Part shown: piece by piece, positions 1 through 9,369 of the stretch
How the letters are laid out: every line of letters starts with the position of its first letter
How positions within the stretch are numbered: position 1 is the first letter of the stretch
Virus record (IMG/VR): IMGVR_UViG_3300042154_000577
Coordinates: 2,634-66,633 of that record
Origin: a virus
Length of the DNA: 64,000 bases
Direction: 5' to 3' (one strand)
Position numbers and translations under genes: made by a program
The notes under the pieces: generated by a model
The model's input: only the letters and a program-made list of their open reading frames with translations
Databases searched by the model: none
Told to the model about the DNA's origin: nothing

Positions 1-198
1 TGCGGAGATGACATAGACCCTCGGCGAGTAGCTATAGGGTACAGGGTCTGCCTGTGGTGCGGCGAGGAAGCCGCAACGAACGCCCGTAAGGGCTGGACCG
101 TGGTGCAGGAATACACCAAGGGTAACTATCAGTTCGTTACCCCTAGCAGCGTAGCAGTAACCTTGAAGCAAACTAACCCAAAGGAGATACGGACATGA
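1..198 (+). CDS. 5'-truncated protein with DksA/TraR-like zinc finger
   Basis: Manual frame-1 translation CGDDIDPRRVAIGYRVCLWC...PKEIRT*; TGA overlaps the next ATG; first Cys would lie outside the window. Confidence 0.6.
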   Translation, partial: CGDDIDPRRVAIGYRVCLWCGEEAATNARKGWTVVQEYTKGNYQFVTPSSVAVTLKQTNPKEIRT

Positions 199-365
199 TA
201 TTTGAAGTCGAACTAAAGCGTGAGTCCTACGTGGTGCTCACCATAGAAGCCAACACCCCTGACGAAGCCGAGGCTAAGGCGTGGGGGGAGCTAGAGCGCA
301 CCAACCCCCGCGAAGAGGGGTTCTGGAGCGTTGAGTCCATCGAGTCCATCGAGGATGCAGAATGA
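195..365 (+). CDS. Small acidic hypothetical protein (56 aa)
   Basis: MIFEVELKRES...IEDAE*; AAGGAG RBS; ATGA overlaps at both ends; below ORF-track cutoff. Confidence 0.75.
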   Translation: MIFEVELKRESYVVLTIEANTPDEAEAKAWGELERTNPREEGFWSVESIESIEDAE

Positions 366-595
366 AGCGCCCCTACATCACCCAATACTTTGAAACCCCC
401 AACGCATCGGGGAAAAAGCCAGCATCAACCGGCTACGCTGCAACCCTGCGCGGTGCGCGTAAGAACATGGCCGTGCGCATCGTGCTCGGCCAATACGGGC
501 TGGCTATAGTAGCCGAGAGGGAGAAGGCAACGACTGTGCCCCTGTGCACCATGCGCAGGACACCCACGGGTCTGACTATCAAGGAGGGTGTATGA
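362..595 (+). CDS. Hypothetical early protein
   Basis: 77-aa ORF with ATGA coupling on both sides. Confidence 0.75.
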   Translation: MKRPYITQYFETPNASGKKPASTGYAATLRGARKNMAVRIVLGQYGLAIVAEREKATTVPLCTMRRTPTGLTIKEGV

Positions 596-801
596 AAGGC
601 AAGCCGACACTGTATCTAGACCAGTACGGGAGCCGCTTCTGGGCCAAGACCATCAAAGAACTGCGCGGGCAGATCGGCATGGGCGGCTCCAAGGTATCGA
701 AGATGTACTACGAGAAGAAGGACGGCACCACATGGCACACCGGCTACGTAATAGGCCGACACTGGCTGACGGCGTTCAAACGAGTGGAGATAAAAGCATG
801 A
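592..801 (+). CDS. Hypothetical early protein (MKGKPTLY...)
   Basis: AAGGAGG RBS and ATGA overlap at 592. Confidence 0.8.
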   Translation: MKGKPTLYLDQYGSRFWAKTIKELRGQIGMGGSKVSKMYYEKKDGTTWHTGYVIGRHWLTAFKRVEIKA

Positions 802-1007
802 TCACCAACACATTCATCACCGAGGATGGCAAGTACCACATCGAGACCCTTGGCAACGGGTGGGCGTACTCAGTTACCTGCCAGCGTACAGGTAAGAACT
901 TCTTTGTGCAGAACCACGATGCCGACACCCTGCAGCAGGAGACGAGCAACTTCGAGTGCACTGGTGCACTGGACAACTACATGGACACACTAGGAGGAGA
1001 AGCATGA
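798..1007 (+). CDS. Hypothetical early protein (MITNTF...)
   Basis: GGAG RBS, ATGA overlap. Confidence 0.75.
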   Translation: MITNTFITEDGKYHIETLGNGWAYSVTCQRTGKNFFVQNHDADTLQQETSNFECTGALDNYMDTLGGEA

Positions 1008-1255
1008 CTAACCGAAAACAGATAGATGCAGGTGCGCAACTCAACGAGGCAGAACAGAAGTCAATGATGCAGAAGGTGGACTTGATTCTGTCTCTCGCTG
1101 GCTCAGACCCTGCAACGATGCTAGCTGCCATTAGCTATGCGCTGGTAAATGCAGCAGCTAAGTGCGACGTCACGCCGATGAGCGTGATCAGTGTGCTGGC
1201 CCAGATGTTTGACGACCTTGAAGGAGAAGAAGATGAAGAGGGGGAAGAGGAATGA
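1004..1255 (+). CDS. Hypothetical protein with acidic tail
   Basis: AGGAGG RBS, ATGA overlap; ends EGEEDEEGEEE. Confidence 0.75.
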   Translation: MTNRKQIDAGAQLNEAEQKSMMQKVDLILSLAGSDPATMLAAISYALVNAAAKCDVTPMSVISVLAQMFDDLEGEEDEEGEEE

Positions 1256-1404
1256 TCAGGTTCTTTGTGTCTGGCTGGAGCACTAGGTTCAGCCTGTGGC
1301 ACTCCGAGGTCATCGAGGCCAAGAGCAAGGCTGCGGCCAAGGAGCGGTTCGTCGCTCTGCGGCCTACGCTGAAAAATGTCAAGGTTTTAACTTTAAGGAG
1401 CTAG
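1252..1404 (+). CDS. Small hypothetical protein (50 aa)
   Basis: Manual translation MIRFFVSGWS...VLTLRS*; ATGA overlap; fills the gap exactly. Confidence 0.7.
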   Translation: MIRFFVSGWSTRFSLWHSEVIEAKSKAAAKERFVALRPTLKNVKVLTLRS

Positions 1405-1405
1405 T

Positions 1406-2335
1406 ATGTACGGTAATTCAGGTATGAGAGGTATCAGGCGGATACAGACCTACGAGGAGGCGAAGCTGCGGTACGAGCAGATCAAGCCCATCCGTGGCAG
1501 GGCTGGGGATGTGCGCCCACTAGGGGTGCGGAGCAATGACGACTACCGTATAGCTAAGCTGATAAACCCGCTCAATAACACTACGTCCTATCAGTGCATC
1601 CTGTACCAGACGCCGGTGGTTGAGTTCAAGTCCGATGGGGATGTGGAGATCAACATGGGTGGGTATAACTCAACTGCAACGCGGACGTTCATTGAGAAGG
1701 TTCTGTGCCTTAGCTGTTACTCAAAGAATGGCAGTAGTGTGCTGTGTCTTGGCAACAAAGCCGAGGTTGTGCTGCACACCACCAAGACCACAGTGATTCG
1801 CAAGCTGGAGGCCTACCCGTACACGTGGGAACTGGCATTGGGCGAGCCGGTGCATGAAACACAGATGAACAAAAAGAAGGCTACCACTGTTAGGCAACGG
1901 TACAGTGAGTTTGAGAAGTACCTGAAGGCAATGATCAACCTGCGCGAAGAGACACAAATGGAGGGCGTCATGGGAAACAAGTACGCCTACAAACGTATCA
2001 CGTTCACTACCAGCGAGTTCGCCGAGGCGGGAGTGACCGAGTGGGGGCTGCAGCGGCCCGTGGGCAAAGCAGAGATGGAGCTAATGGCGAGTGACCAGCC
2101 GGAGGAGAGCAAGCACAGCAACTTCTACAAGGCCGCGCTTGGGATCGTTCTGGCTATCAGAGGAGGGGCCGCTGTCAGATTCTTCAAAGGTTCCGAGTTG
2201 TACTTGGCGGCGGGGTCAATCATGCCCAAGTTCCGCGAGATTGTGTACCGGCACCACAGCGACGAGGTGTTCGAGAAGGTGCTGCTGCCCGTGGGTAAGG
2301 CACCGAGTAAGAAGTACGACAGTTGGGTCAAGTGA
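1406..2335 (+). CDS. Hypothetical phage protein (309 aa)
   Basis: Long ORF with TAAGGAG RBS. Confidence 0.85.
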   Translation: MYGNSGMRGIRRIQTYEEAKLRYEQIKPIRGRAGDVRPLGVRSNDDYRIAKLINPLNNTTSYQCILYQTPVVEFKSDGDVEINMGGYNSTATRTFIEKVLCLSCYSKNGSSVLCLGNKAEVVLHTTKTTVIRKLEAYPYTWELALGEPVHETQMNKKKATTVRQRYSEFEKYLKAMINLREETQMEGVMGNKYAYKRITFTTSEFAEAGVTEWGLQRPVGKAEMELMASDQPEESKHSNFYKAALGIVLAIRGGAAVRFFKGSELYLAAGSIMPKFREIVYRHHSDEVFEKVLLPVGKAPSKKYDSWVK

Positions 2336-2359
2336 GGAGTGTAAAGGTTGTGCTTACGC

Positions 2360-2388
2360 TTGACATAGGTACTATATTGTGTTACAAT
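2360..2388 (+). promoter_or_regulatory. Strong sigma70-type promoter
   Basis: TTGACA-N17-TACAAT with extended -10 TG, in the gap before the AAA gene. Confidence 0.85.
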
Positions 2389-2424
2389 GTAGTTTGATTA
2401 GGGGCAATACCGCCCGGTTAGTGG

Positions 2425-2439
2425 CCTAACAATGTTAGG
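2425..2439. promoter_or_regulatory. Palindromic site CCTAACAATGTTAGG, copy 1 (intergenic)
   Basis: Perfect inverted repeat between promoter and AAA RBS; same core recurs elsewhere. Confidence 0.75.
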
Positions 2440-2457
2440 TATTTTGTGGAGTTAGAA

Positions 2458-3522
2458 ATGGCTGAAGTGACATTTGGTAAGAGCATCACGCTCAAGCAAG
2501 CTGCGAACCTGATTTGCAGCAACCCGGAAACCCGGTTCCTCTTGCAGGGCGAGCCCGGTATCGGCAAGTCCTCTCTGCTGGAGATGATCTCTGCACGCAT
2601 GGGCTACGAGTGTGCCTATATTGACGTACCCAATATGGACCTTGGTGACATCGCCATGCCTGTGATCGACCATGACACCAAGACGACCCGGTATTACCCC
2701 AACGCACGGTTCAAGGTGCATGAAGGCAAGCCTGTGGTTGTGATGCTCGACGAGTTCACCAAGGGTGCCGACCCGGTGAAGAACATGCTGCACCCCATGC
2801 TAGAGAAGGCAAACCCACGCTTGGGTGACATCAGCCTGAACAAGGACTGCATCGTGTTCTTGACGGGCAACCTGTCTACCGACGGTGTGGGCGACAACCT
2901 CAAGGCGCACTCAAGGAATCGACTGGTGCCTGTGACGATCAGCAAGCCCAATGCCGAGCAGTGGGTTGAGTGGGCTATCAACAAGAGCATCGAGGCCGAG
3001 GTGATTGCATGGGTGAGTCGGTTCCCGCAGGTGCTGGCATCGTACACGGACGGGGGGCAGAACGACAACCCGTACATCTACAACCCCAAGCGCAACCAGA
3101 ATGCGTTCGTGTCTCCCCGGTCATTGGAGACTGCATCTAACATTGTTAGGACACGGAGTCAGAACGACCCGGATGCGGTGATCGCTGCGCTTACTGGTGC
3201 TCTCGGTGAGTCAGGTGCTAGGGATATGCAGGCGTACATTGAGTTTGCCGACCAGCTACCAACGTGGGAGGCGACGGTGACTAAGCCCGACACAGCGCCT
3301 GTGCCTACTAGCCCCGGTGCATGTGCCATCGTGGTGTTTGGTGCTATCTCCCGTGTGACCAAGGAGACGATGACACCGTTCATGCAGTATCTGGAGCGGT
3401 TCGAGCCTGAGTGGCAGGCAGTGTTCGCAGTCAACATCGCCAAGGCCCCGGCCAAGCAGTCCATTGCGTTCAGTTGCAAGGCGTTTGCAACGTGGGTTTC
3501 GAAGAACCAAGATTTGCTCTGA
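2458..3522 (+). CDS. MoxR/dynein-related AAA+ ATPase
   Basis: Walker A GEPGIGKS, Walker B VVMLDEF, TGN sensor 1, SPRS motif; near a vWA gene. Confidence 0.9.
   Translation: MAEVTFGKSITLKQAANLICSNPETRFLLQGEPGIGKSSLLEMISARMGYECAYIDVPNMDLGDIAMPVIDHDTKTTRYYPNARFKVHEGKPVVVMLDEFTKGADPVKNMLHPMLEKANPRLGDISLNKDCIVFLTGNLSTDGVGDNLKAHSRNRLVPVTISKPNAEQWVEWAINKSIEAEVIAWVSRFPQVLASYTDGGQNDNPYIYNPKRNQNAFVSPRSLETASNIVRTRSQNDPDAVIAALTGALGESGARDMQAYIEFADQLPTWEATVTKPDTAPVPTSPGACAIVVFGAISRVTKETMTPFMQYLERFEPEWQAVFAVNIAKAPAKQSIAFSCKAFATWVSKNQDLL
3137..3149. repeat. Palindrome CTAACATTGTTAG, copy 2 (inside AAA gene)
   Basis: Exact 13-bp core. Confidence 0.8.
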
Positions 3523-3532
3523 GGAGGGTGGT

Positions 3533-3652
3533 ATGTACGTGTACTTTAGTAAGCGCTTGATTGTTGTGGAGTCTAACGTGGGGTGGGCATTGCCTTACTG
3601 GACTAAGCGCAAGCAAGCAGATAAGCGGATCAGTTGGGTTTTCAGGAGCTAG
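3533..3652 (+). CDS. Small hypothetical protein (39 aa)
   Basis: GAGGAGG RBS; MYVYFSKRL... Confidence 0.65.
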   Translation: MYVYFSKRLIVVESNVGWALPYWTKRKQADKRISWVFRS

Positions 3653-3654
3653 CA

Positions 3655-3948
3655 ATGGTATACGCACAACTGAAAGATTGGCCCGCTGGGTACGAGGAGG
3701 TGGAGTACCTAGCCAAGGAGTTGAAATACCTCGCTCCTTCGTACTCGGTACACATAGAGTGCAAGATGTTTGCTATGCAGGACGGGGTCGAGTACAGAGT
3801 AGCCATCATCCGGTGGGAGGGTAGCAACCGCTCGAACTTCAACCGTATTGAAGTATCTACGTACGAAGACATAAGCGAAGCAACTGGAATGCTCAGGTTG
3901 CTGATTGGTAACGCTAAGGCTGAGCGAAGTTTGAACATGTATTCATAA
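3655..3948 (+). CDS. Hypothetical protein
   Basis: AGGAG RBS; MVYAQLKDW... Confidence 0.75.
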   Translation: MVYAQLKDWPAGYEEVEYLAKELKYLAPSYSVHIECKMFAMQDGVEYRVAIIRWEGSNRSNFNRIEVSTYEDISEATGMLRLLIGNAKAERSLNMYS

Positions 3949-3957
3949 GGAGAGAAC

Positions 3958-5193
3958 ATGGAAGCAGAACGGAAATTGCAGAAGGCGAAGATCGCCTTGA
4001 TGCGCAACAAGAACTTTGCCCTGTTGCAGGGCGTGATGATGATCGGCAAGACGCGAGTGGATGAGCACACGCCGACTGCCTGTACTAACGGACGGGATGA
4101 GACCTACGGGCGTGAGTTCGTGACCAAGCTGCGTGACCCTGAGTTGTGCTTTGTGATTGCCCACGAGGCAGGGCACAAGATGTACCGGCACATGACCACG
4201 TGGAAGAAGCTGCACGACGAGGACCACCGGCTAGCCAACATTGCCTGTGATCACGTGATCAACCTGATGCTCAAGGACTTGGACCCCCAAGGCACGGTGA
4301 TCGCCATGCCTGTGTACCGGGATGGCCCACACAAGGGCAGGCAGATGGGCATGTGCGATGCGCGGTTCAAAGGCATGAACTCCAAGCAGGTGTTCGACAT
4401 ACTGAAAGAGGAGAAGAAGTCGGGCGGCGGTGGTAAGGGTAAAGGCCAAGGCGGTGAGGGTAGCGACGGGAACGGTGATGGTGGCATCGACGAGCACGAC
4501 TGGGATGGTGCCGACGGTATGACCGACGAGGAGAAGCGCGAGCTAGTGCGCGACATTGATCAAGCCATACGGCAGGGGTTGATGGCGCACAACAAGCAGG
4601 TGGGTGAGGGTGCGGGTGGACTGGACCGCGAGTTGCAGGAGTTGCTTGAGCCCAAGGTCAACTGGCGTGAAGTGCTGCGCGACTACGTGAAGTCCATGTG
4701 TCACAGCAAGGACGCGAGTAGCTGGCGCAGGGTTAACCGTCGGTTCCTATCCACAGGTGTTTACATGCCGAGCATGATCGGTGAGAAGGTGGGGCATTTG
4801 GTGGTTGCGATAGACACATCAGGCTCCATCGGGCAGGAGGAGTTGTCCGAGTTCCTGTCCGAGGTTAAGGGTATCGCCGAAGAGGTAAGCCCCGAGCTTG
4901 TGGACTTGATCTATTGGGACAGCGCAGTGGCTGCACATGAGACGTACACGGAGTCCGAGGTGCCTAACATTGTTAGCTCTACCAAGCCACGAGGGGGTGG
5001 GGGTACTAGCCCTAGCTGTGTGTCGGACTACCTGAAGAAGGAGCAGATCGTGCCTCAGTGCGTGATCGTCCTGACTGACGGGTACGTGGGTAGTGACTGG
5101 GGTAACGACTGGACTGCGCCTGTTATGTGGGCCATCGTAGGGGGTAACGATGTTGTCGCCCCTAACGGGAAGACGATTCACATCAAAGACTGA
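3958..5193 (+). CDS. Putative metallopeptidase + vWA domain protein (DUF2201-like)
   Basis: HEAGH zincin motif, Gly-rich linker, MIDAS DTSGS, GGGT and LTDG. Confidence 0.9.
   Translation: MEAERKLQKAKIALMRNKNFALLQGVMMIGKTRVDEHTPTACTNGRDETYGREFVTKLRDPELCFVIAHEAGHKMYRHMTTWKKLHDEDHRLANIACDHVINLMLKDLDPQGTVIAMPVYRDGPHKGRQMGMCDARFKGMNSKQVFDILKEEKKSGGGGKGKGQGGEGSDGNGDGGIDEHDWDGADGMTDEEKRELVRDIDQAIRQGLMAHNKQVGEGAGGLDRELQELLEPKVNWREVLRDYVKSMCHSKDASSWRRVNRRFLSTGVYMPSMIGEKVGHLVVAIDTSGSIGQEELSEFLSEVKGIAEEVSPELVDLIYWDSAVAAHETYTESEVPNIVSSTKPRGGGGTSPSCVSDYLKKEQIVPQCVIVLTDGYVGSDWGNDWTAPVMWAIVGGNDVVAPNGKTIHIKD
4964..4976. repeat. Palindrome CTAACATTGTTAG, copy 3 (inside vWA gene)
   Basis: Exact 13-bp core. 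Confidence 0.8.
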
Positions 5194-5203
5194 GGAGAAC
5201 AAC

Positions 5204-5443
5204 ATGATGGTTATGGAATTTAGCTATAGCAGCCTTGTGCTGTCGGCTAAGGATGCGTTAGCAATGGCTGAGATCATTCAGCGTGCAGAGAAGTACGAGA
5301 AGAAGTACCGCAAGGACGAGGTGACCAACAGCAGCAGCTACACGTACCACGTGTGGCCTAACCCCGATGAGATCACCATGAAGCTCATCAGCGACGACAT
5401 CTACCGCATGGCGAAGCTGGCGGGTAAGCCGGAGAAGGAGTAG
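5204..5443 (+). CDS. Hypothetical protein
   Basis: GAGGAG RBS; MMVMEFSY... Confidence 0.75.
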   Translation: MMVMEFSYSSLVLSAKDALAMAEIIQRAEKYEKKYRKDEVTNSSSYTYHVWPNPDEITMKLISDDIYRMAKLAGKPEKE

Positions 5444-5446
5444 CCC

Positions 5447-5683
5447 ATGCCAAGGCGCAAAAAAACATATCTACTTTTGCGGGGGAAGTTCGACACCTAC
5501 ATTGTTGTCGAACGCAGATGGTACGACTTCTCGGGTATAGCCAAGGCGCGAGGGCGCAACCAGAAATGGTCTATCGCCGCGCAGAGTGATGACCACGGAA
5601 TGTTAATGGCAATGGCGAGCCTTACAGAAAAACATGTAAAGCTCGAAGTGAACAACCTTATCTTTGGACCAACAAGATGCTAG
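5447..5683 (+). CDS. Hypothetical protein
   Basis: AAGGAG RBS; 78 aa. Confidence 0.7.
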   Translation: MPRRKKTYLLLRGKFDTYIVVERRWYDFSGIAKARGRNQKWSIAAQSDDHGMLMAMASLTEKHVKLEVNNLIFGPTRC

Positions 5684-6120
5684 ACCCAGAACTGAAGATC
5701 AAACTGCTGGTAGCTGAACGACCTTGGGAGCAAGAGCATCAGCACTCTGAGGAGTGGGTTGATGAGGGCACAGGGTACACGTGCACGATCTGGCGGCACC
5801 CGACGCTAGGCCATCTGTGTGGGTACGTAGGCATACCCAAAGGGCACCGCTGCTGTGGGCTTGGGTACAACGATATGAGTGACATCGAGGTTCATGGTGG
5901 GCTGACGTACTCAGAGGTAGACGATGAGCGGCAGTTGCATGTGTTTGGGTTCGATGCTGGTCACAGTGGAGATTATTCACCGGGGCTGGCATTGACCATG
6001 TTGAGAGTTACTGGGGAGTTCAATAGAGTGAGCAGCGGCGAAGGAGTTACGTACCGTACGTGGGCGTACATGAAAGAGCAAGTGTTGAGTTTGTGTAATC
6101 AATTGAAACTGAAGGAGTAA
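5677..6120 (+). CDS. Conserved phage protein of unknown function
   Basis: GHLCGYV...VHGGLTYS...GFDAGH signature recalled from many phage proteins. Confidence 0.8.
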   Translation: MLDPELKIKLLVAERPWEQEHQHSEEWVDEGTGYTCTIWRHPTLGHLCGYVGIPKGHRCCGLGYNDMSDIEVHGGLTYSEVDDERQLHVFGFDAGHSGDYSPGLALTMLRVTGEFNRVSSGEGVTYRTWAYMKEQVLSLCNQLKLKE

Positions 6121-6124
6121 TGAA

Positions 6125-6976
6125 ATGAGTATTAGTGCATCAGCAGTGTTAGTGGAACTGAACATCAGTGTGTGGCCTGCGTCGAAGATCGACCGGGAGA
6201 CAACGGAGCTAACCAATACAAACGCAGGGGCAGTGCGTGACGCATCGCAGACCAAGAAGAACCTGTTCGCAGGTACCGGCTTGCGCAAGGACATCGAGAA
6301 GTTCGCAGCTAGGGCTCGGCTGTACCACAACCTGCACACGTTGCCGTGGGCTGACAAGGGCGAGCGCATGTTGCCGACCAAGTTGTTCATGGAGTACAAG
6401 CAGACCATGAATGGGTTTGAGCGGACGTTCGATGTCATGTGCCAGAACTTCTTTGTGCAGTACCCGCGTCTGGTTGCTGAAGCGCCTACCAACCTAGGAG
6501 CACTATACAAGGCAAGTGACTACCCTGACATTGAAGAAGTCAAGCAAAAGTTTGGGTTCCGTCGATCAGTCAACCCGATGCCCGACTCCGGCGACTTTCG
6601 CTTGGACATACCAGCAGAGGACTTGGATGATGTGCGAGCGGAGTTCCGCGACAAGTTCGACGAGCGGCTGAAGGAAGCTATGCGTGCACCGTGGGACAAG
6701 CTGCATTCAGTGCTAGTAGGTGTATCTGACAAGCTGAAGGAAGGGAACGACGGAGACAAGAAGCGCTACCACGACTCACTGTTGACCAACCCACTGGAGT
6801 TGTGTGCGCTGCTGACTAAGCTCAACGTGACCAACGACCCACTGTTGGAAGAGGCACGGCGACAGGTAGAGCTAACAATGTTAGGGGCTAACTTGGACAG
6901 CATCAAAGAGGACGCTGACTCACGCAGCGAGTTGAAGTCCAAGGTCGATTCGATCTTGGGTAAGTTTAATTGGTAG
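6125..6976 (+). CDS. DUF3150-like protein
   Basis: LVELNISVW...TLPW...DYP...KF pattern; helical C-terminus; MoxR/vWA neighbourhood. Confidence 0.7.
   Translation: MSISASAVLVELNISVWPASKIDRETTELTNTNAGAVRDASQTKKNLFAGTGLRKDIEKFAARARLYHNLHTLPWADKGERMLPTKLFMEYKQTMNGFERTFDVMCQNFFVQYPRLVAEAPTNLGALYKASDYPDIEEVKQKFGFRRSVNPMPDSGDFRLDIPAEDLDDVRAEFRDKFDERLKEAMRAPWDKLHSVLVGVSDKLKEGNDGDKKRYHDSLLTNPLELCALLTKLNVTNDPLLEEARRQVELTMLGANLDSIKEDADSRSELKSKVDSILGKFNW
6872..6884. repeat. Palindrome CTAACAATGTTAG, copy 4 (inside DUF3150-like gene)
   Basis: Exact 13-bp core. Confidence 0.8.
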
Positions 6977-6985
6977 GAGAAACAC

Positions 6986-7855
6986 ATGAACATAGCAAAC
7001 AACGCGATGGATTTGCCTAACGTACACGCACCTGAAACCAAAGAGCTTGTCAGTGCGTACAAGGTAACGTCCGTCCTCGCCACAGTCATATGGGAACTGG
7101 CATTGAAAAACCCGATGTGGACGTTCAAGGCCACAAACTTTAGCTGGGCAGAGCCTACCCATACCCAGTATAGAACGATGGTAGTAAACAAGTTCGTAGT
7201 AAGCCACAACTGGGAGACGCTGGGCTCTATTGAGAAAGGGTACAAATCGGGGCCGATCATTGAAATCGAAAGTCACCGAATAACCACACGCCAAAACAAC
7301 TACAGGACCGACAACTCTGAGAAGGCTATAGCCAAAGTCCGAAAGACATTCAAGCCCCGATCAGTGCTAGAAGTAGCAGCAGAGGCAGTAGACACAGCCG
7401 ACACTGTTGTTCGACAAGAGCATCACGGCAAGGACCGAGTAGTACGCAAGTACCAAGAAGAGATTAAACAGAAAGCCATCGACTACGTGACCAAAGGTCC
7501 GGGGTACGCCTTGTTCTTGGAGTACGCAAAACAGCAGGGGGACAAGAGCGTTGCGAACAGCTTGGAGATGATGCAGATTGCAACGGACGAACTGTCTACT
7601 ATCGAAGGAATTAAGACCGCTATGGGAGCTAAAAAGTCTGCGCTTATTGTTGTGGATGAGGGAAAGTACCTAGTCAAAATCAATGACAATGTTCAACTCT
7701 ACGACGATACTACCCTCCCCGCCGAGTTCCGTGGGAAGCTGGGCTTGCTCAAGCTAGTGAACGAGAAACAGTTCATCACGGATGTCGGATGTAGGGTCAA
7801 CAAAGAAATCTATGTACTGAAACTGGACGAACAGGAAGCCAAGGAACCAACATGA
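6986..7855 (+). CDS. Hypothetical phage protein (289 aa)
   Basis: Long ORF, AGGAG RBS. Confidence 0.85.
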   Translation: MNIANNAMDLPNVHAPETKELVSAYKVTSVLATVIWELALKNPMWTFKATNFSWAEPTHTQYRTMVVNKFVVSHNWETLGSIEKGYKSGPIIEIESHRITTRQNNYRTDNSEKAIAKVRKTFKPRSVLEVAAEAVDTADTVVRQEHHGKDRVVRKYQEEIKQKAIDYVTKGPGYALFLEYAKQQGDKSVANSLEMMQIATDELSTIEGIKTAMGAKKSALIVVDEGKYLVKINDNVQLYDDTTLPAEFRGKLGLLKLVNEKQFITDVGCRVNKEIYVLKLDEQEAKEPT

Positions 7856-8121
7856 AAATCAATATGAAAAACCTAAACGTATTCCGCCGCCTCGACGAAC
7901 TTGAGACCGCGAACCTGCACCTGAATGTGATGCTGCAGGGAGCGCGGAGGGATATCGAGCGCCTACAGAAAATGACTGCACCCAAACCGAAGGCCAAGCC
8001 CGGACCCAAGCCCGGACTCAAGGCGGTCAGGACTAAGGAGGCGCTGGAAAAAACAGCCGAGAAGAAGCGTGAGTACGCACGTAGGTACTACGCCAAGAAA
8101 AAAGCCGAGAGGGCAATATGA
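7852..8121 (+). CDS. Basic coiled-coil protein, possibly DNA-binding
   Basis: Ends KKREYARRYYAKKKAERAI; ATGA overlap. Confidence 0.7.
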   Translation: MKINMKNLNVFRRLDELETANLHLNVMLQGARRDIERLQKMTAPKPKAKPGPKPGLKAVRTKEALEKTAEKKREYARRYYAKKKAERAI

Positions 8122-8273
8122 AGATCAACATGCTCACCCGAGTGCGTAAGCACTTCAACAGCGGTATGCGCCACATCGACCGCCACAACCAACGCGCATG
8201 GGTCAAGTCCGTGCGCTTCCTTGGAACCAAGTGGCTGATACATCCAGCTAACATTATTGGGAGAAGCAAATGA
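8118..8273 (+). CDS. Small basic hypothetical protein (51 aa)
   Basis: Manual translation MKINMLTRVRKHF...IIGRSK*; ATGA overlaps at both ends. Confidence 0.7.
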   Translation: MKINMLTRVRKHFNSGMRHIDRHNQRAWVKSVRFLGTKWLIHPANIIGRSK

Positions 8274-8458
8274 ACATCAACTCAGATGGGGCAGAAATTG
8301 ACCCCGGCGACATACGCAAGATGCAGGTCTATGGTGATTGGATCAGGTTTGTTGACGGAGAAGGTTCAGCCGGAAAGATTACACCGGGCGTGGTCAAACA
8401 GCTAATGATCTTTGCACTTGAGCATGTAAACGAATTTGGCGAAGGAGCATGGGAATGA
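8270..8458 (+). CDS. Hypothetical protein
   Basis: 62 aa, ATGA coupled. Confidence 0.7.
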   Translation: MNINSDGAEIDPGDIRKMQVYGDWIRFVDGEGSAGKITPGVVKQLMIFALEHVNEFGEGAWE

Positions 8459-8733
8459 ACAACACAGGAGGCCCAGCCTACCCCACTTCCAACTACGGAG
8501 CGATTGTGCCCATTTCCACGGGCTACAGCGAGGGCATGACCCTGCGCGACTATTTCGCAACCCATGCCAGCGAAGAAGACATCAAGTATTGGCAGCCAAT
8601 GGGTGCGATGGTTGCGAAAGTAAAAGAAACAGGCAACGGCAAAATGATCTATCACGAACCCGGTATGTACACCCGAGAGATAGCACGGTATCGGTACGCA
8701 GACGCAATGCTGAAAGCGAGGGAACAAAAATGA
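8455..8733 (+). CDS. Conserved small phage protein
   Basis: GGPAYP...GMTLRDYFA...YADAMLKAR family signature. Confidence 0.85.
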   Translation: MNNTGGPAYPTSNYGAIVPISTGYSEGMTLRDYFATHASEEDIKYWQPMGAMVAKVKETGNGKMIYHEPGMYTREIARYRYADAMLKAREQK

Positions 8734-8969
8734 CAACACGACCAGAAGCCTTGAAGTTGGCTAACCGACTTGACCTATATGCAGCCGGTGATAAGCACCA
8801 GCGAGACACAGAAGAAGCCGCCGCCGAACTGCGCCGGTTGCATGCGCTGAATCAGGAGATGCTAGCGGCGTTGAAAGACGTTTACGAAAACTGCGATTGG
8901 TGTGGCGACGATGGCCGAGAAGCCATGAGCAAAGCCCGTGCAGCAATAGCTAAAGGAGAACAGAAATGA
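8730..8969 (+). CDS. Hypothetical protein
   Basis: MTTRPEALKLA...AAAELRRLH...ARAAIAK; ATGA coupled. Confidence 0.8.
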   Translation: MTTRPEALKLANRLDLYAAGDKHQRDTEEAAAELRRLHALNQEMLAALKDVYENCDWCGDDGREAMSKARAAIAKGEQK

Positions 8970-9256
8970 CTGACATTGAAATCGACAAGGCGCTGGCGCT
9001 GGCTATTGGGTGGCCTATTGTGTGGCGAAGCCGTGACGGGAAGGTATGGGTTAGTAACAATATTATGGTTGTGGGTAGAGTTTTTGACTACCGAGACTGG
9101 AACGTGATCGGCCCGATTGCGGAGAGGTATGACGCATTTCCCTATCGGCTCAGGATCGCCGAAGAGCGCGGCTGGAATGTTTTTACCTACAAAGACAATG
9201 TGGCAGACATCCCACAGAAAGCAATTGCATTGGCGGTAATAGGAGAAGCCAAATGA
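8966..9256 (+). CDS. Hypothetical protein (NinX-like character)
   Basis: DW-x2-IGPI and AIALA pattern; AAGGAG RBS. Confidence 0.65.
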   Translation: MTDIEIDKALALAIGWPIVWRSRDGKVWVSNNIMVVGRVFDYRDWNVIGPIAERYDAFPYRLRIAEERGWNVFTYKDNVADIPQKAIALAVIGEAK

Positions 9257-9369
9257 AAGACGATGAAGTAGAAGACCTATTCGCTTGGGGCTGGGGTGAC
9301 ACTGCCGTTGCCATCGCGGTCGTGTGCGTAATTCTGGTGATTGGCTTTGTTGTGGGGTATGTGATATGA
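9253..9369 (+). CDS. Small membrane protein (38 aa)
   Basis: MKDDEVEDLFAWGWGDTAVAIAVVCVILVIGFVVGYVI*; one TM; ATGA overlaps. Confidence 0.7.
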   Translation: MKDDEVEDLFAWGWGDTAVAIAVVCVILVIGFVVGYVI

